Source: Dehalococcoidia bacterium
GTDB lineage: Bacteria; Chloroflexota; Dehalococcoidia; Bin125
Reading direction: 5' to 3'
Assembly: GCA_965242565.1 (NCBI GenBank)
Contig: OZ251457.1
Span: 1,935,863-1,999,862 of the forward strand
Length of the DNA stretch: 64,000 nt
Positions 16,663 through 25,690 of the stretch are shown here, piece after piece; position 1 is the stretch's first letter, and every line of letters starts with the position of its first letter. The notes beneath the pieces were generated by a model. It saw only the letters and a list, made by a program, of their open reading frames with translations, was not told the origin of the DNA and made no database searches. Position numbers and translations under genes: made by a program.

Positions 16663-19110
16663 ATGACTGCTGTGTTCGACGACATCCGCGTGCTGGACCT
16701 CTCCAGCGGACCAGTCGGCGGGATCGCCACGATGGTGCTCGCGGACTTCGGCGCGGAGGTCGTGAAGCTGGAGCGCCCCGGCGGCGATCCGCTGCGCTCG
16801 CTCGCCGCCGCCCCGATGTGGCTGCGCGGCAAGCGCAGCGTCGAAGCCGACCTCAAGAGCGACGCCGGCCGCGCGCGCCTGCGCGAACTGAGCCGCGAAG
16901 CCGATGTCGTCGTGACCACCCTGCGCCCCGGCAACGCCGAGCGCCTCGGCGCGGACTACGCCGCGCTCGCCGCCGACAACCCGCGCCTGATCTACTGCTC
17001 AATCACCGGCTTCGGCCCGCGCGGGCCCTACGCCGATTACCCCGCCTACGAGGGTGTCGTCGCCGCCAAATCGGGGCGCATGCAGGGCTTCACCGGCCAA
17101 CGCAAGCGCGAAGGCCCCGGCTTCGCCGCCGTGCCCGTCGGCGCGCACGCCGCCTCGCAGGGCGCGGTCCACGGCATCGCCGCCGCCTTGATCGAGCGCG
17201 AGCGCTGCGGGCGCGGGCAGATCGTCGAAACCTCGCTGCTCCAGGGCATGCTGCCCTTCGACCTGCTCCAGCTGCTGCTCACCCAACTCCACGAGCGCGA
17301 GCCCGACGTATTCCCCGACATCCTCGTCATCGGCGGCGGCATGCCCACGCTCAACTACCACCCCGTGATGGCCGCCGACGGGCGCTGGATCCAGCTCGGC
17401 AACCTGCTCGAGCACCTCTTCTACGCCTTTATGGACGCCGCCGACCTGACCGAGCTGTTCGCCGAAGAGCAGTGGCAGGGCGGGCAAGCCGAGTGGAGCG
17501 AGCAGGCGGTGGAGGAGATGCGCGACCGCATCCTCGAGCGGATGCAGGAACGCAGCGCCGAAGAGTGGATGGACATCTTCCGCGCCTCCGGCAACGTCGC
17601 CGCCGAAATCTTCACGTCGACCAACGACGCGCTCGACAACCTCGACATGCAGGCCAACGGCGACGTCATCACGATCGAGGACCCAACGCTCGGCCCGGTG
17701 CGCCAGTTGGGGCCGATCGCCCAGCTCGACGAGACGCCCGCCGAGATCACGCGCCCCGCGCCCACCGTCGGCGAAGCCAACGGCCTGCGCTGGCAATCGC
17801 GCAACGGCGCATCGATCACTCCGCCCAACGGTGCCCGACCCAACACTCAGCCGAGCGGTAAGCCGCTCGACGGCCTCACCGTGCTCGAGTTCGCCACGAT
17901 CATCGCCACCCCGATCGGCGTCTCGATGCTCGCCGACCTCGGCGCGCGCGTGATCAAGGTCGAGCCGATCGGCGGCGATCCCTTCCGCGGCATGGGCGGC
18001 GGACCGCTCACCGGCCTGCTCGCCGCCAAAACCAACGCCGCCAAGGAGAGCATCTGCATCGACCTCAAGAGCGAAGCCGGGCAGGCGATCGTCGCCGACC
18101 TGATCAGGGGCGCCGACGCGATCGTCCACAACTACCGTCCGGGCGTGCCCGAGCGCCTGGGTATCGGCTACGAAACCGCCAGCACGCTGCGCCCCGGCAT
18201 CGTCTGGGTCTCGGCCAACGGCTACGGCGCGGATTCGCCCGGCGCGCGGCGTCCCTCCGCCCACCCCGTGCCCGGCGCAGCCGCGGGGGGCGCGCTCTAC
18301 CAGGCCGGCGCGGCGATGCCCCCTGCCGCCTGCGAGGGGCTGGACGAAATCCGCGAAGCCTCGCGCCAGCTGATGCGCGCCAACGAAGCCAACCCCGATC
18401 CCAACACCGGTGTGCTCGTCGCTTCCGCAACCCTGCTCGGCCTCTACGCGCAGCGGCGCTACGGCATCGGCCAGCGCATCTTCGTCAACATGCTCGCCGC
18501 CAACGCCTACGCCAACGCTGACGATTTCGTCGCCTACGAGGGCAAACCGCCGCGCCGCGAGGTGGACGCCGAGCTCTACGGCCTCTCCGCGCTCTACCGC
18601 CTCTACCCCACGGCGGAAGGCTGGGTCTTCCTCGCCGCCCCGCCCGACGCTGAGTGGCGCGCCTTCTGCGAGATCGCCACGCCCGCGCTGGCCGATGACC
18701 CGCGTTTCGCCGACGCCCCAAGCCGCGACGCGCACGACGCGGAGCTCGCCGCCGCCCTCGCCGCCGTCTTCGCAACCCGCCCCGCCGCCGAGTGGGAAGC
18801 TCTGCTCACTCCCCATCGCATCGGCTGCGTCGCCGCCGACGCCCAGAGCGCCGGTCAGTTCTTCGCCCACGACGAGCACATCAAAGCCAACGGCTTCGCC
18901 CCGGTCGCCGAGCACCAGCGCCACGGGGCCCTCCGCCGCTGGGGCCCGCTCACAGTGTGCGCCGGCGGCCGCGAGGACTACGCCCCCGGCGTCCTCGCCG
19001 GCGCCGAAACCGACGCCATCCTCACCGAAATCGGCCGCACAGACGCCGAAATCGCCGCCCTCCGCGCCGCCGGCACTGTCTGGTCCGAGCCTGTCCAGCT
19101 TTCGCACTGA
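16663..19110 (+). CDS. Tandem-fused double CoA-transferase family III (CaiB/BaiF) protein
   Basis: Two complete CaiB/BaiF-like halves. First: RVLDLSSGPVGGIATMVLADFGAEVVKLERP. Second: LTVLEFATIIATPIGVSMLADLGARVIKVEP. The product is 816 aa instead of the usual about 400. Confidence 0.7.
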   Translation: MTAVFDDIRVLDLSSGPVGGIATMVLADFGAEVVKLERPGGDPLRSLAAAPMWLRGKRSVEADLKSDAGRARLRELSREADVVVTTLRPGNAERLGADYAALAADNPRLIYCSITGFGPRGPYADYPAYEGVVAAKSGRMQGFTGQRKREGPGFAAVPVGAHAASQGAVHGIAAALIERERCGRGQIVETSLLQGMLPFDLLQLLLTQLHEREPDVFPDILVIGGGMPTLNYHPVMAADGRWIQLGNLLEHLFYAFMDAADLTELFAEEQWQGGQAEWSEQAVEEMRDRILERMQERSAEEWMDIFRASGNVAAEIFTSTNDALDNLDMQANGDVITIEDPTLGPVRQLGPIAQLDETPAEITRPAPTVGEANGLRWQSRNGASITPPNGARPNTQPSGKPLDGLTVLEFATIIATPIGVSMLADLGARVIKVEPIGGDPFRGMGGGPLTGLLAAKTNAAKESICIDLKSEAGQAIVADLIRGADAIVHNYRPGVPERLGIGYETASTLRPGIVWVSANGYGADSPGARRPSAHPVPGAAAGGALYQAGAAMPPAACEGLDEIREASRQLMRANEANPDPNTGVLVASATLLGLYAQRRYGIGQRIFVNMLAANAYANADDFVAYEGKPPRREVDAELYGLSALYRLYPTAEGWVFLAAPPDAEWRAFCEIATPALADDPRFADAPSRDAHDAELAAALAAVFATRPAAEWEALLTPHRIGCVAADAQSAGQFFAHDEHIKANGFAPVAEHQRHGALRRWGPLTVCAGGREDYAPGVLAGAETDAILTEIGRTDAEIAALRAAGTVWSEPVQLSH

Positions 19111-19176
19111 TGCCGGAACCCGCGATTGCCACGGCGGCGCTACAATCAAGACCGGGTGAGCAAGAAGCGGCGACCG

Positions 19177-21084
19177 ATGTTCAACGGTGCAACCAGAGCA
19201 CGCGCACTGTGCGCGACGCTGATCGCCTTGCTCCTCACTGCGATCGTATTGCTCAGCTCGTGCAGTGATTCGCCGACTGAGCGCCGGCAAACGACACCGA
19301 GCTCAGAGTTCGGCGCGTCGCGGGGCGTCCAACCGGAGCCGTCGCAAACGCCGCCGGCTGAGCCTGTGCTTGCAGCGCCGAGCGCCGGCGTTTCGGAGTC
19401 GCAAGCTTCGGCTGAAGGCGCCGGTGTGCTCGGGGAGGTCGGCGAAGGGGAAGCGGTGGAAGAGCAAGAGGCTGAATCTGATGGCCCACGCGCCGCCGCT
19501 GCGGAAACGAGGGAATTGCGGCTCGGCGCTGCGCTAGACAGCCTGACAGTCAAACTGTCGGAGGCAAAAGAGCCGGTAAACCTGTACGCCGGACCAGGCG
19601 TTGACTGGGCCGTCCGAAGAGTGATCCAGCCCCCTGAATCCATCACCGTTCTTGGTCGGGCGCCGTCAGTGTGGTACGGCCTCGCTGCAAAATGGCTAAA
19701 GGTCCGGCTCGCCGACGACACTGACGGCTGGGTGCGGTCCGACAACCTGGCAATCGATCCAACGCAACTTGACGGCTTGCGCGAGTTTCATCCGCACTCG
19801 ATGGATGCAATCGCCGTTGTCCATGGTGGCGCTTATCTCTACCAACAGCACGATATGGCATCGCCGGCATGTCAGATCCCTGCACCGATCGAGACGAAAG
19901 TCGGCGGCCGCAGTCTCGATCAACAATGGTTCCTTGTGGATTTCGATCGCGGTGTATGCACCGACTCGAACGACTACTGGGTCGGCAAGGGCTGGGTGCG
20001 CGCGAGGCAGATTGAGGCCGCGTCGATGCTAGCCGAGGTCCCGATCGTGCTCACCAGTGGACGTTGGTTGATCTCACCTGATCCGCAAGCGCATCCGATC
20101 GATGGGCTCGACACGAACGAGGCCAAGCCGTGGTGGGCTAGAGCCATCGACGGCCAAGAAGTCAAGGTTCTCCCGTCGCCGACCGGTGAGCACGTGCTCA
20201 CGCACGATCCCTTCGAGCATGGCCGCCCCGACAGCGGCGTCCTCGCGGTCATCAATCGTAGTGGCAGCCGTACCGAAATCGGGAAGCTCTACCTCTACAG
20301 CGAAAACAGCAGGCACCATCCCTTCGAAAGCCATGCACGCTGGTCACCCGACGGCCGTGCCATCGTCGTGATTGATATCCCAAGCTCTCGGTATGTCGCC
20401 TCCGATACACCGGACTTTTGGGTGTACCTCCTCGAAGAAGAGCGCAACGTCGATCTCCGGAGCAAGGGATCTTCCGTTTACGTCAATTACACCGACGCCC
20501 GCTTTCATCACGACGGGCAGTCGATCTACGTCGTCATGCAGGAAAACGCTCCACGGCGGCGCCTGTTGGTTCGACTGACGCTCGATGGCGATGACTGGCC
20601 AGGTTTCGAACCGATCCCGCTGGAACGAAATTTGCGCTACTTCACGTTGGCGCGAGACAACCTGATCATCACCGTCACGCCCGAGTCGGCCTTACTCTGG
20701 ACCGATCGAGGTGAACTGATTGGCGAGCGCCGCGGCACTCGATTTCACGTGCTTCCGGATGGCGAGCGTTTCGCATACTATGCGGAAAACGAATTCGTGG
20801 TCGAGCAATTCTGGAGCGCCGATCAAGTTCACCTCGCGTTGCCCGCGTCGCTCTTCGCCTATACGGACTTGCAGTGGTGGCCCGACGGGCGTCACTTCGC
20901 AATCATTTCGCACCTTCCCAGCCGGGATTCCCACGTATGGAGCTTGCGGCAGCTGCGGATCTACAACCTCGACGGCGAGCTGATCCGCGCGTATCGCACC
21001 TCCGGATGCGCTGCCATCTCACGGCTGCCGCAACACCACCGACTGGTCGTCGTGAACTCGCCTGCGCGCTGTGCAGTTCCGTAG
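19177..21084 (+). CDS. Hypothetical lipoprotein with SH3b-like and WD40/TolB-like beta-propeller segments
   Basis: Lipobox-containing signal (MFNGATRARALCATLIALLLTAIVLLSSCSD). Q/P/E-rich linker. The segment PVNLYAGPGVDWAVRRVI...WLKVRLADDTDGWVRSDNL resembles a bacterial SH3 domain. Confidence 0.45.
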   Translation: MFNGATRARALCATLIALLLTAIVLLSSCSDSPTERRQTTPSSEFGASRGVQPEPSQTPPAEPVLAAPSAGVSESQASAEGAGVLGEVGEGEAVEEQEAESDGPRAAAAETRELRLGAALDSLTVKLSEAKEPVNLYAGPGVDWAVRRVIQPPESITVLGRAPSVWYGLAAKWLKVRLADDTDGWVRSDNLAIDPTQLDGLREFHPHSMDAIAVVHGGAYLYQQHDMASPACQIPAPIETKVGGRSLDQQWFLVDFDRGVCTDSNDYWVGKGWVRARQIEAASMLAEVPIVLTSGRWLISPDPQAHPIDGLDTNEAKPWWARAIDGQEVKVLPSPTGEHVLTHDPFEHGRPDSGVLAVINRSGSRTEIGKLYLYSENSRHHPFESHARWSPDGRAIVVIDIPSSRYVASDTPDFWVYLLEEERNVDLRSKGSSVYVNYTDARFHHDGQSIYVVMQENAPRRRLLVRLTLDGDDWPGFEPIPLERNLRYFTLARDNLIITVTPESALLWTDRGELIGERRGTRFHVLPDGERFAYYAENEFVVEQFWSADQVHLALPASLFAYTDLQWWPDGRHFAIISHLPSRDSHVWSLRQLRIYNLDGELIRAYRTSGCAAISRLPQHHRLVVVNSPARCAVP

Positions 21085-21165
21085 GAGCTGCCGGCCGGCT
21101 GTTGCTCGTGCGTCAACGCTCGATGCGCGCGTAGAATGATCGTCTAAGCCGATTGGAGCCCAACC

Positions 21166-22368
21166 ATGCCCGGACTCACAGGAAACGCAGCAATCGTCGG
21201 CATCGCCGAGTGGAAGCCCGAACGCCGACCCACCGCCCCGCCCATCTTCACCCTTGAACAGTGGGCCCAACTCACCCGCGAGGCGCTCGACGACGCCGGC
21301 CTCTCCCCCGCCGACGTCGACGGCATCTGCGCCACCAACATCCGCGAATCCGACTCCTTCGTGCCCTCCACGATCACCGAATATCTCGGCCTGGAGGTCA
21401 ACTTCGCCGAAGTGGTCGACCTCGGCGGCGCGAGCTGCGCCGCGATGGTCTGGCGCGCCGCCGCCGCCATCGAACTCGGCGTCGCCAACGTGGTCGTGAT
21501 CGCCGCGCCCTCTTGGCCCTCGCCGCGCCCGCCCAATCCGCCGGCCGGGCCGAACAGCTGGCGCTTCGGCGCATCCAGCGCCAACTACGGCTCGCCCCAG
21601 GCCGAGTTCGACATCCCCTACGGCAACGTCGCGCAGAACTGCGGCTACGCGCAGATCGCCACCCGCTACGGCGCGCAGTACGGCTACGACCCCGAAGCTC
21701 TCGCCAAGATCGCCGTTGACCAGCGCGTCAGCGCCAATCACAACCCCGCCGCCGTTTTCCACGACAACCCGATCACCGTCGAAGACGTGATCAACTCGCC
21801 GATGATCGCCGACCCGCTCCACATGCTGGAGATCGTGATGCCCTGCTTCGGCGGCGCGGCGCTGATCGTGGCGAGCAAAGAGGTCGCGCAGCGCTCCTCC
21901 AACCGCCCCATCTGGATCACCGGTTTCGGCGAGCGCGTGCTGCACAAGACGCCCACCTACGCCGCCGACCTGCTCGAAACCGCGCTCCTGCCCGCCGCCG
22001 AGTCCGCCTTCCAAATGTCCGGCCGCAGCCGCGCCGATGTGGACCTGATCGATGTCTACGACTGCTACACGATCACGGTGCTGATGACGATCGAGGACTC
22101 CGGCTTCTGCCCGCGCGGCGAAGGCCAACGGTTCGTGCGCGAGCACGACCTCAGCTACGCCGGCGACTTCCCCTGCAACCCCTACGGCGGCCAGCTCGGC
22201 TTCGGACAGGCCGGCCTGGCCGGCGGCATGTCGCACATCACCGACGCCGCCCGCCAACTGATGCGCCGCGCCGACACGCATCAGGTAGCCGACGCCGATG
22301 TCGCTTTTGTCACCGGCAACGGCGGGCTGATGAGCGAGCAGGTCGCGCTGATCCTGGAAGGCGACTAG
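21166..22368 (+). CDS. Thiolase-like protein (SCP-x/nonspecific lipid-transfer thiolase family)
   Basis: IVGIAEWKP...GICATNIRESDSF...GGASCAAMVWRAAAAIELG. C-terminal thiolase fold. Paired with the DUF35 gene immediately downstream. Confidence 0.75.
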   Translation: MPGLTGNAAIVGIAEWKPERRPTAPPIFTLEQWAQLTREALDDAGLSPADVDGICATNIRESDSFVPSTITEYLGLEVNFAEVVDLGGASCAAMVWRAAAAIELGVANVVVIAAPSWPSPRPPNPPAGPNSWRFGASSANYGSPQAEFDIPYGNVAQNCGYAQIATRYGAQYGYDPEALAKIAVDQRVSANHNPAAVFHDNPITVEDVINSPMIADPLHMLEIVMPCFGGAALIVASKEVAQRSSNRPIWITGFGERVLHKTPTYAADLLETALLPAAESAFQMSGRSRADVDLIDVYDCYTITVLMTIEDSGFCPRGEGQRFVREHDLSYAGDFPCNPYGGQLGFGQAGLAGGMSHITDAARQLMRRADTHQVADADVAFVTGNGGLMSEQVALILEGD

Positions 22369-22371
22369 CAG

Positions 22372-22797
22372 ATGAGCGACACACCGACTGATGGGCCGCA
22401 ACGCCCGCTGCCACAGCCAATCGAGCGCACCCGCCCCTTCTGGGACGGCCTGCGCGAGCGCAAGGTGCGCATCCAGTATTCGCCGTCGTCCGACCAGTGG
22501 GTCTTCTACCCGCGTTCGCACGCGCCGCTCACGCTGGCCGACGACCTCGAATGGCGCGAAATCGCCGGTACCGGCACGCTCTACACCTACACCATCGCCC
22601 GCCGCCCTACCGCCGCCGAATTCGTCGGCGAGGAACCGCAGATCATCGCCGTCGTCGAACTCGACGAAGGCCCGCGCCTGACCAGCACGCTGGTCAACGT
22701 GAAAGAAGACGCGATCACGGTCGGCATGCGCGTGCGGCCGGTCTTCGACGACATCGACGAGCAGATGACGCTGCTGCGCTACGAGCCGGCCGACTAG
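22372..22797 (+). CDS. DUF35 OB-fold/zinc-ribbon protein (thiolase partner)
   Basis: 141 aa; FWDGLRERKVRIQYSPSSDQWVFYPR...GTGTLYTYTIARRP...IIAVVELDEGPRLTSTLV matches the DUF35 family. It starts 1 nt after the thiolase stop. Confidence 0.7.
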   Translation: MSDTPTDGPQRPLPQPIERTRPFWDGLRERKVRIQYSPSSDQWVFYPRSHAPLTLADDLEWREIAGTGTLYTYTIARRPTAAEFVGEEPQIIAVVELDEGPRLTSTLVNVKEDAITVGMRVRPVFDDIDEQMTLLRYEPAD

Positions 22798-22800
22798 TCG

Positions 22801-24129
22801 ATGCGCGCCGTTGCGGCACTCCTACTGCTCGCCGCGTTCTGGCTGGCGCTCGCCGCCTGCGGCGGCGGGGCGGAGCCGGCGCCCACGGCTGCCGAGCCGC
22901 AGACGCAGCCCCAACAAAACGATGAGCAGCCTGCGCCGCCCGATCAGTCTGAAGAAGAGGCCGACCAGCCCAACCAGCCCGAACCGGCGGCGCAGCAAGC
23001 GGCCGGATCGCAGCAGACCCAGCCGCCCGACGAGCCTGAGCCGCAGGCCGCGCCCGCGGACCCGCCGCCGGAGATCGCCGAGTTTGTCGAAGCGCTCGGC
23101 GGGCGCGCGTTCGAGCAACCGATCGAGCTGCTCGCCTGGCCGGGCGGCGGACTGCTCGTCGCCGAGCAGCGCGGCGGCGTCTCCCTCTATCTCGGCGACG
23201 GCTCGGTGCGCGGCGTCCTCGACCTCAGCGAGCGGGTGATCTTCCGCGGCGAGCAGGGGCTGCTCAGCGTGGCGCTCGATCCCGAGTTCGTCGATCACCC
23301 CTTCCTCTACGTCTGGTACTCGCCGCGCGGAACGAACATCGCGCGGCTCTCCCGCTTCCCGGTGGAGGGCGCGCTGGCCGACGCCGAGCGCGAGCTGATC
23401 ATCATCGAAGTCGCGCAGCCCTTCCCCAACCACAACGGCGGCGCGGTGCGCTTCGGACCCGACGGCATGCTCTACCTCGGCATCGGCGACGGCGGCGCGG
23501 CCAACGATCCGCACGGACACGGACAGAACGCGCAAACGCTGCTGGGCGCAATCATCCGCATCGACGTGCGCGACGCCTCCACGCAATATCCCTACCGCGT
23601 GCCCGCCGACAACCCGCTGCTGGGCGTCGCCGGCGTCCGCCCCGAAATCTACGCCTGGGGCATGCGCAACCCCTGGCGCATGGCGTTCGATCCCGAAACC
23701 GGCGCACTCTGGTATGCCGATGTCGGGCAAAACCGCGTCGAAGAGGTGGGCATCATCGCGCCCGGCGGCAACCACGGCTGGAACGTCTTCGAAGGCACGG
23801 AATGCTTCGGGCGCGACGACGACTGCGCCGCGCTCGACCACATCCCGCCGCTCGCCGAGTACGGCCACGATCTGGGCTGCTCCGTCACCGGCGGCGTGGT
23901 CTACCGCGGCGCGGAATTGCCCTGGCTCGACGGCGCCTACCTCTTCGCCGACTACTGCTCGGGCCGCGTCTGGGCGCTCGAGCAGCTCGACGGCGCGTGG
24001 CAAATGCGCGAACTGGCGCAGCTCGACGCCCTGATCGCCTCCTTCGGCATCGACGCCGCAGGCGAGGTCTACCTGCTCACCTTCGACGGCCCCATCCTCC
24101 GCCTCAGCGCCGCCGCGGCGGGCGGGTAG
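22801..24129 (+). CDS. PQQ-dependent sugar (glucose/sorbosone) dehydrogenase family lipoprotein
   Basis: Lipoprotein signal (LAACGGG) with a Q/P/E-rich linker. GSDH beta-propeller motifs: ELLAWPGGGLLVAEQRG, HNGGAVRFGPDGMLYLGIGDGG, HGWNVFEG. Confidence 0.8.
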   Translation: MRAVAALLLLAAFWLALAACGGGAEPAPTAAEPQTQPQQNDEQPAPPDQSEEEADQPNQPEPAAQQAAGSQQTQPPDEPEPQAAPADPPPEIAEFVEALGGRAFEQPIELLAWPGGGLLVAEQRGGVSLYLGDGSVRGVLDLSERVIFRGEQGLLSVALDPEFVDHPFLYVWYSPRGTNIARLSRFPVEGALADAERELIIIEVAQPFPNHNGGAVRFGPDGMLYLGIGDGGAANDPHGHGQNAQTLLGAIIRIDVRDASTQYPYRVPADNPLLGVAGVRPEIYAWGMRNPWRMAFDPETGALWYADVGQNRVEEVGIIAPGGNHGWNVFEGTECFGRDDDCAALDHIPPLAEYGHDLGCSVTGGVVYRGAELPWLDGAYLFADYCSGRVWALEQLDGAWQMRELAQLDALIASFGIDAAGEVYLLTFDGPILRLSAAAAGG

Positions 24130-24168
24130 CATTGGGGCAACGGCCGGCGAACACTGAAGGAGGGCCAT

Positions 24169-25662
24169 GTGGCGCAATCGAGAGCATTCGGAACGACGCC
24201 GGCCCCGGAAATCCCCGACGGCCTCACCTGGCTTAACACCGGCCGCGACCTCACCATGGCCGACCTGCACGGGCGGCTCACCATCCTCCACTTCTGGACC
24301 TACGCTTGAATCAACTGCCTGCATGTGCTTCCGCAGTTGCGGAAGCTTGAGCGCCGCTACCCCGACACCGTCCAGGTCGTCTCCGTCCACTCGCCCAAAT
24401 TCCCCACCGAGCGCGAGACCGCCAACCTGCGCCAGGCCGTGCTGCGCCTGCGCATCGAGCACCCCGTGCTCAACGACGCCGACTTCCAGTTCTGGCAGCG
24501 CTACGGCGCGCGCGCCTGGCCCACCATCTTCTTCATCGACCCGCGCGGCAACGTGATCGGTCTGCACGAGGGCGAACTGACCGAGGACATGGCCGCCCCG
24601 CTGATCGACGGCTGGCTCGCCGAGTACCAACAGGAATCCGTGCTCGCTGGTGAGCCTCTCGCCCTGACCCGCGAAACCGGCGCAGAGAGCGCCCTCTCCT
24701 TCCCCGGCAAGGTCGCCTGGGACGACGCGAGCGGGCGGCTGATCGTCGCCGACACCAACAACGACCGCATCCTCGTCGCCGATCTCGAGGGCAACGTCTC
24801 GCTGGTCGTGGGCGGCGCGGGCGCGGGCTTCGAGGACGGTGGCGCGAGCGAGGCCAAGTTCAACCAGCCGCAAGGCGTCGCAATTGACGGCGACGCGATC
24901 TACGTCGCCGACAACGAAAACCACGCCATCCGCCGCATCGATCTGCCGTCGGGCGAAGTGCGAACCATCGCCGGCACCGGCGAGCAGGCGCGGATGATGC
25001 CCTCCGGCGCGCCCGCCGCCCAGACCGCGCTCAGCTCCCCCTGGGATGTCGCCGTGCGTGACGGACAGCTCTACATCGCCATGGCCGGCATCCACCAACT
25101 CTGGTCCATGGACCTGCGCGCCGGCGACTCCGCGACCGTCGCCCCTTGGGCCGGCAGCGGACGCGAGGGCATCGTCGACGGGCCCCGCGAGCAGGCCGAA
25201 CTCGCCCAGCCCAGCGGACTCGCCGTGGGCGAGTCGGGGTTGGCCTTCGCCGACAGCGAATCCAGCGGCGCGCGCGAGGTGACCTGGGACGGCCGCGTCG
25301 AAACCTTCATCGGCAAAATCGGCAGCCTCTTCCACTTCGGCGACGAAGACGGCGCCCGTGAGCGCGCCAAGCTCCAGCACCCGCTCGACCTCGCCTGGCT
25401 CGGCGACGAGCTCTACGTCGCTGACACCTTCAACCACAAAATCAAGCAGGTCTACCCGCGCATGCAGAGCGTCCAGACCGTCCTCGGCGGCCACGGCGAC
25501 GCCCTCGGCGCGTTCTCCGAAACCCAACTCAACGAGCCCGGCGGCCTCTGCGCCGGCCCCGACCGTTCCCTGATCGTCGCCGACACCAACAACCACCGCA
25601 TCGTCCAGCTCGACCTCGCCTCAGCCCGCTCCCGCGAAATCCCCCTCCGCCTCGATCGGTAG
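24169..25662 (+). CDS. Thioredoxin-fold (TlpA/redoxin-like) + NHL-repeat protein with in-frame UGA (Sec) at 24307-24309: candidate selenoprotein (UxxC)
   Basis: GTG 24169 lies 6 nt after the SD 'aaggagg'. The frame reads ...LTWLNTGRDLTMADLHGRLTILHFWTYA-[TGA]-INCLHVLPQLRKLERRYPDTVQVVSVHSP..., which is the WCxxC block of thioredoxin-fold oxidoreductases with TGA at the first Cys. Downstream are four NHL repeats (NNDRILVADLEGN, DNENHAIRRIDL, DTFNHKIKQV, DTNNHRIVQLDL). The ORF track split this gene into a wrong-frame piece (24167..) and 24325... Confidence 0.6.
24327..24346 (+). promoter_or_regulatory. SECIS-like RNA hairpin (8-bp perfect stem gcttccgc/gcggaagc, loop AGUU) starting 20 nt 3' of the UGA
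   Basis: Loop centre is about 28 nt from the UGA, with G-U in the apical loop. This fits bacterial SECIS spacing and loop criteria. Confidence 0.4.
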
Positions 25663-25690
25663 AGTGGGTGATCAGGGGAGGAGTCGAACG

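Noticed and set aside
21019-22521. 500-aa minus-strand ORF
   Set aside because: Antisense to the thiolase gene, with Gly/Ala/Val-rich junk translation.
24167-24556. 129-aa ORF starting MWRNREHSERRRPRK
   Set aside because: Wrong frame. The ATG is too close to the SD. The adjacent GTG 24169 in the other frame gives a clean thioredoxin-fold domain continuous (through UGA) with the NHL-repeat ORF.
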